This document shows positions 36,970-51,698 of a DNA stretch of 64,000 bases, piece by piece. Source of the stretch: Mobula hypostoma (taxonomy: Eukaryota); assembly GCF_963921235.1 (NCBI RefSeq), contig NC_086098.1:9548001-9612000 (forward strand), read 5' to 3'. Position 1 is the stretch's first letter; every line of letters starts with the position of its first letter. The notes below the pieces were generated by a model that saw nothing but the letters and a program-made list of their open reading frames with translations, searched no databases and had not been told where the DNA came from. The position numbers were made by a program, and so were the translations under genes.

Positions 36970-37600
36970 CATAGGACATAGAACAGTAAAGCACCACATT
37001 GAACCTTCAGCTTACAATGTTATGCTGACCTACACAATCCTTCCTCACAATCAATCTAACCCTTCCCTCCTACACAGCCCATAATCATCCATTTCCTCAT
37101 CCAAGTCATTTATAAAAGAATCATAAGATCAGGGGTTCCAGACCAGATCCCTGTGGGACACCACTAGTCACTGAGCTCCAGGCAGAATACGACCCAACCC
37201 CTACCACCTTCTACGTTCTGTGCAGCCAAATTTCATGGATCCCATGCCTCATGAATTTCTGGATAAGCCTATTATGGAGAACCTTGTCAGATGCCTTAGT
37301 AAAGTCCATACATATCTCATCCACTGTTCTACCTTTGTTAATTTGTTTATAGTCTCTTTGAAAATCTCAGTCAGGCTGTTCAGGCATGACCTAGGCCTCA
37401 CAAAGCAATGCTGACTATCCCTAGAAAGACTATTCTTCTCCAAACGCTCATAAATCCTGTCCCCAGAATCCTCCCCATTTGTTTGCTGACCTCCCATGTA
37501 AAACTCACTGCTCTGTATTTCCCAAGATTGTCCAATGGAAGCACATTTGTCATTTTCCAATTCCCTGGTACTATTCCTGTGGCCTGGGAGGACAAAAAAA
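36970..37600 (-). mobile_element. Degenerate CR1 fragments
   Basis: SQHCFVRPRSCLNSLTEIF; gatccctgtgggacaccactag (VPQGS on the minus strand). Confidence 0.75.
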
Positions 37601-38844
37601 AAATCGTCAAAATCGAGTTCTTAGCTGGAGTTCCTGACCCAGTACATTTCTCCAACACTGGAAGAAGTTATGGTGACCTCAAACTTTGCCAGTGATTTTT
37701 TTTTTACCCTGCAGATCTTTATGACTACATCCTGGACATAATTCCCTCACAATGCTTCCTTTAAACTACTCCTGGACTTCATGCAGTTGCTAGACAAGTT
37801 TTCAACCTTGGACAATAATCTGTCAATGCTACAGTATCATCTTCAACTGCACCTCACCACTGAGCAACAAAAAGTAGTGGATACAGCCCAGCCCATCCCA
37901 GGTAAAGCCTTCCCCACCATTAAGCACATCGATATGGAGTGTTATCGCAGGAAAGCAGCATTCATCATCAGGAACCTCCACTACCCAGGACATGCTGTCT
38001 TCTTGCTTCTGCCATCAGGAGGAAGGTACAGGAGCCTCAGGTTCACAACACTAGGTTCAGAAACAGTTACTACCCCTCAACTATTGGGCTCTTGAACCAA
38101 ATGCAGTAACTTCACTTACCCATCACTGAACTGTTCCCACAACCTATGGACTCACTGTCAAGGACTTTTCATCTCATGTTCTCGATATTTATTGCTTAGT
38201 TACTTATTATTACTAATTCTTTCTTTTTGTCTTTGTACAGTTTCATGTCTTTTGCACACTGGTTGATATGGTCTTTCATTGATTCTATTGTGGTTATCAA
38301 TCTATTATGAATTTATTGTGTATGCCCTCGAGAAAATTAATCTCAGGGTTGTATATGGTGGTATATATGTATTTTCATAATAAATTAACTTTGACCTTTT
38401 GATCTTTAGCATAAGCTCCCTCTTACTATTCTCTCTTCACCACCTTCTCCGTGACAGTGTATAGCAGTCAATGGAACGTAGAATTTTACTGTTCACCTGT
38501 TTGTCTGTCACATTGTATGCAAACACCTAACTTTGATTTCTATTATCTCTCCTTTGTTTTTCTCTACGGTCCCTTTATTTTAGTAATCACATTCTCCCTG
38601 TGGTCATGGAGGTTCAACACTGAGCTGTAGACTGCCCAGTTCCCATTTCAGTTTCTCACCTTGGCTGTGTTAATAATTCTCTCCCCTTTGCTCTGGTATC
38701 CTCTCCTGTTTCCAATCTGCTGTCACGAAACTTCCCCTCGACAAAAAATTAAGCTTAATCCCTCCAAACTACCACCCCAGCTTTTTGTGAAAGATTCCTG
38801 GTAGTCCTATTACCCCCGTTTAAATCCAATCTCTACAACTTATT

Positions 38845-39205
38845 TCATAAACACGAGAAATTCTGCAGATTCTGGAAATCCAAAGCAAAGCATACAAAAT
38901 GCTGGAGGATCTCGGCAGGTCAGGCAGCAGCTATGGAAATGAATAAGCAGGCAACGTTTCGGGCCGAGACCCTTCTTCAGAATTGTAAGGAAGGAGGAAG
39001 GCATCAGAATTAAAAGGACAGTGCAGGGGAAGGAGGACAAGCTGAAAGGTGATGGGTGAAGCCAGGTGAGTGGATAAGTTTCCTTCTTATTCTTGCGTGT
39101 TCCCCTTTCCTTTCCAGTCTGAAGAAGGGTCTCGGCCAAAAACGTTGACTGTTCATTCCCTGGATGCCACCTGACCTGCTGAGTTCCTCCAGCATTTGTG
39201 TGTCT
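38845..39205. mobile_element. Inverted pair of Penelope-like terminal repeats, each with a hammerhead-like core
   Basis: aaaatgctggagga..cgtttcgggccgagacccttcttcag is mirrored by ctgaagaagggtctcggcc..ctccagcattt. Confidence 0.75.
38948..38986 (-). ncRNA. Minimal type I hammerhead ribozyme motif (Penelope pLTR)
   Basis: CUGAAGA-A-GGG(UCUCGG)CCC-GAAA-CG-UU: catalytic boxes and stem II intact, stem I partly degenerate. Confidence 0.65.
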
Positions 39206-41004
39206 ACAAGTTATTTGTTCAACAAGTCCCTCAGTAAAGTACTGTGTCAGCTGAGGGACAACCAAACAGAAATGGCCAGACTGCTAAATGTTGTAGATCC
39301 ATTGATTATGATGCTATAAGATGTGCATGCAACTGCATTGATGTGACAGATCAATGTTGAACGTCACCGGATGCAGATGAGTAGGAGGACAAGAAGCAGA
39401 TATTAACACTTAGATCATTTAATAAACAACTCTGTCAAGTATAGGGGAAGTAAAAACCAAACAAAAAGGAAAATCATGCAGATAGCTAAATATAGTCCAT
39501 GGAAAAAGTATTAAAATGTGAAGTTTCAACAGCGTAATTGAAAGCTTTCAAGGGCTATCTTCTGGATCAGATATTATTTGAATATTTTTTCTTGCGTGCA
39601 GAAAATTTGAAAACCTGGTACACCAAATTGTTTATTAATGTTATATCAGGATAGATTGAAATTCTTTTTCTGTGAAGTATTTCACTGAAGTATATTCATT
39701 ATATGCTGTGTTGTATGACATGAGGAATCATGGTCTTTCTATGACCATGATTGTCCTTGGCAAATTTTTCTACAGAAGTGGTTTGCCATTGCCTTCTTCT
39801 GGGCAGTGTCTTTACAAGATGGGTGACCCCAGCCATTATCAATACTCTTCAGAGATTGTCTGCCTGGTGTCAGTCGTCACATAACCAGGACTTGTGATCT
39901 GCACCAGCTGCTCATATGACCATCCACCACCTGCTCCCATGGGTTCATGTGACACTGATCGTGGAGATAATCAGGTGCTACACCTTGGCCCAAGGGTGAT
40001 CTGCCGGCTAGCGGAGGGAAGGAGCGCCTTACACCTTCTTTGATAGAGACGTATCTCCACCCTGCAACCCAGTCGGTTTAATTAAATACTGCATTTAAAT
40101 TAGATTAGATTATGAGGATACGCAGTCTTCTTTTATTGTCATTTAGTAAAGCATGCATTAAGAAATGATACAATTTGTTCCTCCAGAATGATATCACAGA
40201 AACACAAGACAAACCAAGACTAAAAAAAACATGACAAAAGACACATAATTATAACATATAGTTACAACAGTGCAAAGCAATACTGTAATTTGATGAAGAA
40301 CAGACCATGGGCACGGTAAAAAAATAGTTTCAAAGCCTCTCAAAAGTCCCACCATCTCATGCAGACGGTTGAAGGGAGAAACTCTCTTCCTGCCATGAGC
40401 TTCCGGCGCCTCAAACTTGTCGGCACAGCACCCTGGAAGCACCCGACCACAGCTGACTCTTGAGTCCATCCGAAAACTTCGAGCCTCCGACCAGCCCTCT
40501 GACACCGAGCCCCAAGCACCATCTCTGCCGAGCGCTTCGACCCCAGCCCCGGCCACAGGCAATAGGCAAAACCAAGGATTTGGGGCCTTCCCTCTCTGGA
40601 GATTCTCGATCGCACAGTAGCAGCGGCAGCGAAGCGGGCATTTCAGAAGTTTCTCCAGATGTTCCTCCGTGCTTCTTCACGCTGTCTCCATCAAATCAGG
40701 ATTGTGCACGGTACCTATCTAACAAATACGATATCATTTCGGAGCGGTCTGCATTGAAAAGTTTTTTAGTTGTGTTTTTTATGAATGATATGATGTATAA
40801 GTCTCTTATGAGCAGAGTACCTCGGCCTATTGGAGTACTTTATCTCTGGCCTTATAAAAAACTATTTTCCTGTTGTAGTCCAGTTCTGAATTTTGCAAAT
40901 GTAATTGTCAATGCTTGTGTTTCACCATCGCTTTTAAAATTTACTGAAGTGGGTTAGGAAAACTAAACAGTTAATATGCTCAGCCACTGCTGACGCATGA
41001 TTCG

Positions 41005-41945
41005 CAGGATTCAGCTCAAATCGTGTCACCAAGTTTGCGTATGACACAACAGAGGCTGGCCTCACCAACAACGATGAGGAGTTGGAGTACAGAGAGGAAG
41101 TGGAACGGCTGGTGGACTGGTGTGAGAGGAACAACCTAAGCCCGAAAGTGGAGAAGAACAAGGAACTCATTGTGGACTTCTGGAAGCTACAGATTTACCA
41201 GCCCCCTCTGCCAATAAGTTGCTCCTCCTTAGAGAGATAAGTGTACCAAGTTCCTGGGAGTTCTCATCATGGATGACCTCACCTCGTCCTTCAACATCAC
41301 TTCCCTGAGCAAGAAGGCACAGCAGCACCTTCACTTCCGAGAGAAATTAAGGCAAGCCAGGTTCCCACACCCCATCCTAACTGTGTTTTATAGGGGCACC
41401 ATTGAGAGTATCCTGACGAGTTGCATCTCCACCTGGTATGGGGTCAGTGAGCATTGGACCAGGAATCTCTACAAAGGACTGTGAGAACAGCTGAGGGGAT
41501 CATAGGGGTCTCCCTACCATCCATCGGGGACATTTATCAGGAGCTCTGCGTTTTCAGGGCCCTTAGTGTTATTAAGGATACCTCCCATCCATCTTTAACT
41601 TTCCACCATCAGGCAGGAGACTGTGATGCATAAAACAAGAATGGTCAGGATAGGAAAGAATTTCTTCCCTCAAGCCGTTAGGCTTCTGAACTCCCTGCCG
41701 CATCGCATTTGAAGTGCCACAGTTCATCTGTTCTGTACATTACAATATTAGATTTTTGCACTTTAGTTTGTTTATTATGTGTAATTCATCTGTAGATTTT
41801 ATCCTTGCTTGCCTAAGTTATTGCATGTTAGATGTATGTTATGTATACTACTGTGCTTTACACCCTGGTCGGAGAAACATTGCTTCATTTGATGATATAC
41901 ATGTATATAGTTAAATTACAATAAACTTGACTTGACTTGACTTTA
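41005..41945 (+). mobile_element. Rex1/Babar-type LINE 3' portion, (CTTGA)n tail
   Basis: LSKKAQQHLHF..FYRGTIESILTSCISTWYG. Confidence 0.85.
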
Positions 41946-44599
41946 TATTTAATTTTGCCAAAATAATAGTTCAATGTGTAACTAATGCTTTGGAAACCCA
42001 GATTATATCAAAGTTCAAAGTTTAAAGTACATTTATGACTAAATTATGTATGCAGTATACAACCCTGTGATTTGTCTTCCCACAGACAGGCAGGAAACAA
42101 AGAAACAACATGGAAACTGTTCAAAGAAAACATCGAACACCCAACCTGCAAAAAAAAGAGAACTATTTGTGCAAACAGCAAAATCCGAGCGAAACATCAA
42201 ATCACAGAGCCGTTAACTGAAACAGTCTAGGAATGTTTGGTTTAGTTCAGTTCATTTCAATTTAGTGCTGTATCATTTAGTGACTGCAGCCAGTTCGCCC
42301 CAATCAAAATCGCACAAAATATCAGTAAAAAAGGAGTAACCAAAAATCTGAAACACCTGATAACATGAACTGCAGTCTCCAATCCACAAACTGTGCTGAT
42401 TAAACCTTGCCCAAGACTCAAGACTCTGGCACCATCCTCTGGCAGCATCAAGAGAGACTGGTCAAACACAGGCACATTCCTCTGGGAGCAGCGAGCGAGA
42501 GAAAGGTCACTCACAGGCTGACGTGCTGTACTGTCTGTCCCCCTTCAAAAGGAGCTGAGAGAGGTTAATAAATTTACATAATAAACTGAACAAGATTGAG
42601 CCATTGTACAATATTCATGTATGATGGGATGAAAGACAAGTGTTTTGATGTCAATGAATAACTGAAAGAATAATAAAGCAAACACACAAAAGAAATGAGA
42701 TATTAAAACATTTCCTTGAAGTTGCAAAACATATTATAAGCCTCAAATTACTATCAATGAAACTATTTGATCAAACATATAATCTGCATTAAATAAAAGA
42801 TTTGACATTTCATTCTTATTTTTACAAATTTAGTACGAATTTAAATTAAAGCAGAAAGTGTTGGAAACAAGCAGCAAGTCAGGCAATCTCCGTGGGGAGC
42901 CAAACAGAGTTAATATCTCAGGTCAATGACTTAATCAAAACTGGAGAACTGAGAAATAGGTGTGTTTTAAATTGAAGAGAAGAGGGCGGATGGAGAGAAT
43001 ACAGGGAATGTCTGTGATAGGATGGAGGACAAGGTTGTCCAAGTGTTTTCAGAGCTATAGCATTCAGAACAGATAGATCTGTTAAATGGTTTTTCCTGCT
43101 CTCTTTGTTCTGTTGATAATTATTGAGCCTGTTCATATCTCCGTGTTTATTTAAGTTTGTTGATTGACATTTGCACATGTGACCATTCTGCTAATTGTTG
43201 ATTGCTCATGACTGTTTGCACTATTGTCTTGTAAATTGTTGTCTGTTACGGCACCCAAGCACAATCAATTCTGGTATGTTTCACAGACTTGCAATAAAGT
43301 GATTCTGATCTGAAATAGAAAGGAAATTTAAAAAAAAACTTAAAAGCAACATGCTGGAGCAATGGGAAACAAAAGGTAACGCCGATGAGAATCTGCATCA
43401 AAAAATAATGCCTGAAATATTCTGTAGGTGACACAGCAGCTGACAGTGAAATGATTAAGTTTAAGGTTAGTGAGTTGTGGGCACGCTATGTTGGTGCTGG
43501 AAGCATGGTGACTCTTGTGGGCTGCCCCCAGCGCGACACAAATGATGACGCACATGCCTGATTTACTGTATGTTTTGATGTTTCAATGTACGTAAAGCTA
43601 ATCTTTAATCCTTTCATCTTTAAGGTATTAACTGTTCCAGGAAAAATAAACCAGTTATAGGAAATTATTAAGCCCTAAGGGCTGCAATGTGCTTAGATTG
43701 AAGGCAAGGTTCCTCAAACTTACATTGGGCTTTGTTAGAACATCGTAGGATGCCAAAGGCAGGACAGAGTTGAAATTTAATGAAAAATTAAAGCGAGAGA
43801 TGACTGGAAGTTCAAGCTTGCTATTTTAGATTGAATGGTGATACTGTATAAAATGGTCACTGATTTTGTATATGGCCTCTCCACTGTATGGGAGACTGCA
43901 ATGTGAGCACTGAATGCAATGCACTAGATTGGAAAAAAGTATTGTGATTAACCTGCATTCGAGCGAGGATCCCAGGTACTTTCATTGGAACTGAGACTCA
44001 CTACCACAGCTACATGTCCTTCCGGGGACCTTGTCTCCGCTGCCATCTGGGGCTGCGTGACTTCCTGCTCCATTTCCAGGCTTCCCGGTTTGGCCGGCGA
44101 GGATCCCAGGCATCTGCACTTGAAGCCTGGCCTGCTGAACTGCTCTAGCACTTTGGGTGTGTTGCACAAGTGATGTAGTGCTTCATTGAGACGGACTGTT
44201 TGGGTTTCTGGTTGGTGAGGAGGGGAAAGTGAAATCGAGAGATCAATTGATGCGTGGCAATGTGCATTGAGAAATGGGGTGGTTGGTGGAGATGGAAGAG
44301 TGAAGCTAGGGGTGGGAGCTGGTGGTCTGCTCAATGATGGAATTTCCTTACAGGTGGTGGGGAGCACCGAGGATGGTCAATGAAGTGTGGAGGGTGGTGA
44401 AGAGGCATCCAAGAGCTGCAGGACAAGAAGAGAACAATCCTGGGGGGGAGGCTACTTCAGCCTCAGAGAAAAGCTGCAACAGGTAAGGAGCGAGGAAGCC
44501 ATGCTAGAGACATCGCTGTGAAACTCTCATCACGAGAATGGGTTAGCGTGACACTATTACAACTTGGGGTTTGAAAGTCAATTCCTGCACTGACTGTAG

Positions 44600-45461
44600 T
44601 GTCACGTACCCGTGACAGGGATAAAGAAACCAGCAGAAATAGAAACCACTTTGGAGTCCAGTATTGCTATAAACTAATAATATTTATTAGTAACTACGCA
44701 ATACAGTAATATAAATGTAGATAAATCAAACATGTTAGCAATGATATATATATAGAAGTAAGTGTGGAATATATATGTATGAAAACCAAGCTTCTTTAAG
44801 TCTAGGGGTAAAAAGATACAGTCTTACGATGTTGAGTAAAGTTCAGTTCAGTTCAGTTCGTGGTATGTAGTTGAGTAGTGATGGAGAGAGAGAGAGAGTT
44901 GAGTTTTCAGGTGAGCTGATGCCGTCGATTTTCTCGTCGTCCTCCGAAATCCTTTACAAGTCACCGACTGTGACTTTAACCAGGGGGACCGGTTTTCCTG
45001 TGGTGGAGCTATCACCCCGGCAAGGATGGACACATAGACAACTCCCCACCAGTCAACCCCTTCTTCACCGCTGGAATAGCAATTTGGATCGATCCGCCTG
45101 ATCGATCCTCCAAAACCCACTTTCTCTGCAGGCACAACAGTGCTCATTCAGTGTCCAGATCATGTGTCCCATGTCTGTATCATCTGACCTCCCATTTCAC
45201 CAGGCTGAGCATCACCTGTCATTCAAAGAGTCAACCCTTTAATCACCGCTTTCGGTCACCATAGCAACTTTCGAGCTGCTCGGTGCTGTCTACAAACCCA
45301 ACTCAGTAGAAATCCAAAGTTACTTCCAGTGCCTTAAAGTGACAGTCCAACCGTCAATCTTCGTCTCTCTCTCTCTCTTTTTAAAACAAACCATCGATGA
45401 TAAATAACTCTCTCTGTCTCTCTTCAAACAGTTAATAGGGGTACTCCTGGATCCCCTCACA
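44600..45461 (-). mobile_element. Solo LTR (862 bp) inserted in a V-SINE
   Basis: TGTCAC..CTCACA termini; exact 4-bp TSD GTAG (44596-44599, 45462-45465); the SINE reads through when it is removed. Confidence 0.85.
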
Positions 45462-45844
45462 GTAGGGAGTATGTCTGTTCTCCCTGTGTCCATGCGCGTT
45501 TTCTCCAGGAGCTCCAGTTTCCTCCCACAGCCCAAAGGCATACTGGTTAGCAGGTTAGCAGTCACTGTAAATTGTCCCCTGATTAGGCCTGTGTTAAGTA
45601 GGTGGGTTACTGGACATTTGCGGCTCATTGGGCCAGAAGGGTCTGTTCCATGCTGTATCTCTAAATAAATAAATATGACAGACATAGAGAAAGGAGAATG
45701 GATCAAGGGTTTTACAGGAAGTGGTGTTGGAGGAAGTGCAATCAAAATACCTGTGAAAGTCAGCGGGAGTGGGGGTGCACTTATAATGGGGACAGGTTGT
45801 GAGTACATCCCATGAAATGGATACTGAGAGGACAGCAAAACTAG

Positions 45845-47625
45845 TGTGATGTATGGATCTATTTCTCTGAGAGCAATGACTCCCCTTAGCGCTATGCCTG
45901 GTCTGATAACTTACCTATGCACGTTGATTGTCATCTATGCATGTGTATTGTTAATATCTTGCCCTTTCTCTCTCCCTGCAATGTGAATGCAGCAGTTAAC
46001 TCCTTCTCCTGCATGCACGCTTTTATTTAATTAATACATAGCTGCACAGACCCAATAAACTGGCATGGAATATGAACCTGAATGTCAGAGAATGTCACCA
46101 ACTCCACCGGCGGTTACAGGACCAAACAGCGAGAGGAAAGAGTTAGACAGAGCAGAAGGTCACGGACGATAACAAAGGGACGCGCGAGTAACTGCCTGCA
46201 TGGTACAGAGTTACAACTAGCAAAGTTAAAGAGAAAATAACATGACAATGTCTTTAGTTGGGAAAGTTGACAAATTTGATAGCGCTAATGAGGACTGGGA
46301 ATCGTATAACTGAGAGGGTTGAACTGTATTGTAAGGCAAATGGCATGGATGAGGAAAATAAAGTCTCCATGCTTCTTAGCTTAATGGGTGTTAAAACATA
46401 CAGACTCTGACACAATCTAGTAACTCCTGAAAAGCCAGCAAACAAGACGTATGATGAAATTGTTGCAATTTTACAAAATCCCAAGCCCTAAACCACTGGT
46501 AATAGCAGAAGAATTTAGATTTCACTAAAGGAACCAGTCAAAGGATGAAAGCATTTTGAATGCGTTGCAGAACTGAGCAAACTTTCTGAATACTGTGACT
46601 TTACAGATTGACTTTCTGATGCATGAAGGACAGGCTTGTGTGTGGCACGCATAGTCAAAGCACTCAAAAGAGGCTACTGTCAGAAAGAGATCTAACCTTA
46701 GAACTGGCATTGATCATTGCAATATTGTTAGAGACTGCAGCAAAGGATGCAGCAGAACTACATAAAAAGACTAGAATGTAAGATGAACAAAATGTCCCTG
46801 AATGATGCGAAAAGCTAGAAATGTTATTGATCTGGCAAATCCTCACACTATGCAAATGGCAGTGGAACAAAGAAAAAGTTTGCAGAAAGTGACACAGACA
46901 AGGTCACAAAGAGAGAGTATGCAACCAAAAACAAAAAGCACAACTGAATGAAAAATCTCAAACACAAAACTAAGCAAATGCATGAAGTGACTGAATGTGA
47001 AACAGAGTCAGACATCACAGAGTATGAAAAAGGTGAGCCACATGCCTAGAACTGCATAGTATTACTGAAGCAGATCACAAAATCATATGGATCACAACAG
47101 ATGTGTCTGGTGTAAAACTGAAAATGGATTTTTGCCTGTAATTTCAGATGCTGACTAAAACAGACTATTCTAAGCTACCATTAGAGAAGACCTCAGTGAT
47201 GCTAAAGACCTACACAAGCAAATAAGTGTCTCCCAAAAAATGTGCATTTGATGTATGGAGGCCAAACACAGCAGTTAGAGCTTTATGCATTGAAAAGTAG
47301 AGGGTCACCACTGTCTGGACGTGAATGGCTGTGAAAAATACAACTAGACTGGCACTCAATCAATGTTTCATCAACAGGCGACTGCAGCCCAAACAGTAGC
47401 TGTAACGACAGACTGTCACAGCAGCTTAATGCTAATGAGAAGGTGTTAGAAATCTGCATGAAGGACACCTGGGTACAGTCAAGATGAAGAGTTTCACCTG
47501 GAGCTGTGTGTGGTGGCTGGGAATAAATAAACAGATTGAAAACTTGGTCAAAAGAAGTTTGGGATGCCAAAAAGTTCCAAATGCACACCCACAGGCGTCT
47601 ATACACTCGTGGGAAGAAACAATTG
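45845..47625 (+). mobile_element. Degenerate Gypsy (Mag/K02A2.6-like) LTR retrotransposon: probable LTR plus gag and protease remnants
   Basis: From ATG 46248: MSLVGKVDKFDSANEDWESY/ERVELYCKANG..LLSLMG.KTY..LVTPEKPANKTYDEIV. Later LKTYT and PLSGREWL..IQLDW. Many stops and frameshifts. Confidence 0.8.
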
Positions 47626-47631
47626 AGTGAA

Positions 47632-50430
47632 ACCCTCTATTCTGAGGTTGTGTCCTTTGGTTTTAGACTCTCCCGCTAGAGAAATCATTCACTTTATCAA
47701 GGTTTTTCACCATTAGATAGGTTTCAATAAGGTCACCCCTCATTCTTCTGAATTGCAGTGAATACAGGCCCAGAGCCATCAAACACTCTCCACATATCAA
47801 GCCATTTAAACCTGGAGTCACTTCTGTAAAACTCTTTTGAACCCTCTTCAGTTACAGTACATCCTTTCGAAGATAAGAGGTCCAAAACTGCTCACAATAC
47901 TCCAAGTGAAGCCTCATTTTATAAAGTTTCAACATTACATCCTTACTTTTAGATTCTAGTCCTCTTGAAATGAATGCTAACATTGCATTTGCCTTCCTCA
48001 CTACAGACTCAACCTGCAAATTTGCTTTTAGGGAATCTTGCACAAGGACCCCCAAGTCCTTTACACCTTAATTCTTTGTACTTTCTCTCCATTTAGAAAA
48101 CAGTCAACCCTTTCATTTCTTCCACCATACACTTCATGACACTGTATTCCATCAGCTACTCTTAACCTACGTCCTCCTGTAGTCTCTCTATTTCTTCAAA
48201 CTACCTGCTCCTCTACCTACCTTTGTTTCATTGCAAACTTCATAACAAAGCCATTAATTCCATCATCTAAATCATTCACATATAATGTGAAGAGAATCAG
48301 TCCCAACACAGACCCCTGTGGAACACCACCAGTCACGGGCAACCAACCAGAAAAAAGTTCCTTTTATTCCCACTCTTTGGTTCACTGCTTCAGGCACTGC
48401 TTTATCCATTCCCGAGCTTTCCTGTAATACCATGGGCTCATAGCTTGTAAGCAGCTTCATGTGTGGCACCTTGTCAAAAGCCTTATGAAAATCCAAGCAC
48501 ACAACATCAACTGATTTTCCTTTGTCATTCCAACTTGTTATTTCATCTAAGAATTCCAACAGATTTGTCAGGCAAGATTTTCTCTTGAGGGAACCGTGCT
48601 GACTATGGCCTATTTTATCATATTCCTCCAAGAACCCTGAAACCACGTACTTAACAATTGACTCCAGCATCTTTCCAACCACTGAAGTCAGACTAACTGG
48701 TCTTAAATTTCCTTTCTTCTGCCTCTTTCCCTTCTTGAAGAGTGGAGTGACATTTGCGATTTTCCAATCTTCATAACCATTCCAGAATCTAGTGATTCTT
48801 GAAAGGTAATTACTAATACCTCCACAATCTCTTCAGCTACCTTTTTTAAGATCTTGGGGTGTACACCATCTGGTCCTGGTGACTTATCTACCTTCAGACC
48901 TATTGGTTTCCCAAGAACCTTCTCCCTAGTAATGATAACTTGACAGATTTCATGACCCCTGACACCTGGAACTTGACCATATGCCAGTGTCTTCTACAGT
49001 GAAGACTGATGCAAAGTACTTACTCATTTCATTCACTATTTCCTTGTCCCCCATTACTACAGCATCATTTTCCAGTGGTCTGCTATCCACTCTTTCCTCT
49101 CTTTTACTCGTTACATATCTGAAGAAACTTTTGGTATCATAAAAACATAAGAACATAAGAAATAGGAGCAGGAGTAGGCCATTCAATAAGATCATGGCTG
49201 ATCTGTCCGTAAACTCAGCTCCATCTACCTGCCTTTTCCCCATAACCCTTAATTCCCCTACTATATAAAAATCTATCTAACTGTATCTTAAATACATTTA
49301 GTGAAGAAGCCTCAACTGCTTCCCTGGGCAGAGAATTCCACAGATTCACCACTCTCTGGGAAAAACAGTTTCTCATCATCTCCGTCCTAAATCTTCTCCC
49401 CCAAATATTGAGCCAATGTCCCCTAGTTCTAGTCTCACCTACCAATGGAATATCCATTATCTTCTTTAATATTATTGGTTAGTTTATTTTTATATTCCAT
49501 CTTTACTTTCTGACTGACTTTTCAGTTGCCTTCTGTTAGTATTTAAAAGCTTTCCAATTCTCTAACTTTTGACAAATTTTTTGCTCTATTATATGCCCTC
49601 TTTTTGGCTTTTATGTTGGCTTTGACTTCCCTTGTTAGCCATGATTGTGCCAGCTTGCTTTTAGAAATTTTCTTCCTCTTTGGGATATATATATCCTGTG
49701 CCTTCTGACTTGGTTCCAGATATTCCAGCCACTGCTGCTCTGCCGTCATCCCCCTCAGTGTTCTTTCCCAATCTATTCTGGCCATCTCCTCTCTCATGTC
49801 ACTGGAATTCCTTTTACTCCACAGTAATACTGATACATCCTACTTTAGCTTCCCTTTTTCAATTTTCAGGGTAAATTTGATCATATTATGATCACTTGCC
49901 ATTAAGTTGTTGTTGGGCAGGTGGCCAAGTGGTTAAGGCGTTCGTCTAGTTATCTCAAGGTCGCTAGTTCAAGCCTCAGCTGTGGCAGCGTGTTTGTGTC
50001 CTTGAGCAAGGTACTTAACCACACATTGCTCTAGTGACTGTGCGAAGAGTGGCGCCCCACACAGACTTCCAATCTGCCCCTTGTAAGGCGTGAAAATACC
50101 TGACGCAGGCCTCTCATGGTCTGAGTCGACACTCCCTGCCTGCCATTAAGGTTCTTCTACCTTAATTTCTCTAATCAATTCCAACTCATTGCACAACACC
50201 CAGTCCGGAATAGCTGATTCCCTGGTGGGCTTAACCATGAGCTGCTCTAAATAGTCATCTCTTAGGCATCCTAGAAATCCCCCCTCTTGGAACCCTGCAC
50301 CGACCTAATATTCCCACATCTACCTGCATATTGATTCCCCTGTGACTATTGTAACATTGCCCTTTTGGCATGCATTTTCTATCTCCCGTTGTAACTTGCA
50401 GACCACATCCTTACTACTGTTGGGGTCTGT
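47632..50430 (-). mobile_element. Degenerate CR1 LINE with a nested CR1 3' end (~49140-49455) and a CORE-type SINE (~49912-50140)
   Basis: SCLTNLLEF, LDFHKAFDKVPH, YFASVFTVED; nested (cataagaa)n tail. Confidence 0.88.
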
Positions 50431-51309
50431 ATGAGAATATTTTATGAGAATACTCTTTAAAGGAATATTCAAACTAATGAAATACAATATTTCCTTCTAA
50501 ATAAAGTGGATTTGTTTAATAGATATTCAAAATTCAATTATATATCAAAGAAAATTGTAATTCTGCTACTTACTTTTATTGAGTAATATTTATTGGTCAT
50601 TTATTGAGATACAGTGTGGAATAGGCCCTTCTAGCCCTTCGAGTTGCGCTGGCCAACTATCCCCGAAATAACCCGAGCCTAGTCACGGGACAATTTACAA
50701 AGACCAATTAACCTACCAACCAGTACGCCTTTGGACTGTGGGAGGAAACTGGCGTTCCCTGGGGAAACCCACGCAGTCAAGGGGAGAAGGTACAAACTCC
50801 CTACAGACAATGGTGGGAATTGAACCTGGGTTGTTGGTGCGGTAAAGCATTGTGCTAACCACTACATTATCATGCTGCCTTTAGCACAGGAACAGCCCCT
50901 TCAGTTCATGCTGGCCACAGCTAGTCCCAGTTACTTACATTCAGCACGTCACTCTTCAATCCCCTCCCCTCCTATGACATATCCAAATGCCTCATAAGTG
51001 TTTCAGTTGTACCTACCTGGACCACTTCCTCTGGCAGTTTATTCCAGGTATTCACTACCATCTGTGGGCAGTGCATTTTCTTTTACTGTATAATTGCATT
51101 GTCCTTGCTCATCCTTTCAGACTCATGCAGTTTACCTGATGACTCATTTGAGAAGCAGCTGAATGAAAGAGAAAGATGTTGAGTTTGACCCCTGGTCTTG
51201 GTCTCAGATGGTACATTGGTAATGGGCAATTGGCCTCATCTTCATGGGTCCAGAGGAGATTTTTTTGAGAATGATCTCAGGATCTCTCGGCCTGTGCTCG
51301 GTGGAGTTC

Positions 51310-51698
51310 AGGCTCTCATTGAAACCTACCGAATATTAAAAGGTCCAGATAGACAGGATGTGGAGAGGAAGCTTCAAATAGTGGCGGAGCTTAGGGCCAG
51401 AGGGCACAGCTTCAGAAAAGAGGATAACCCTTTAGAACAGAGGTAAGGAGAAATTTCTTTAGGCAGAGTGTGATGAATCTGTGGAATTTGCTGCCACAGA
51501 CGTCTGTGGAGGCCAAGTCTTTGGATATACTTAAAGAAGGTGTTGATTGGTTCTTGATTAGTAAGGGCATCAAAGTTTACAGAGACAAGGCAGAAGGACG
51601 GGGACATAAAGGAAAATAAAGCAGCCATGATTGAACGGTGGAGCGGATTTAATGGGCCAAATGGCCTAATTCTGCTCCTCTGTCTTATGGTCTATGGT
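51310..51698 (+). mobile_element. CR1 3' end
   Basis: LIETYRILKG; 3'UTR aatggcctaattctgctcct..tcttatggtc. Confidence 0.85.

Noticed and set aside
43948..44520. 139-aa proline-rich ORF
   Set aside because: Low complexity and overlaps degenerate repeat-like sequence; no splice or domain support.
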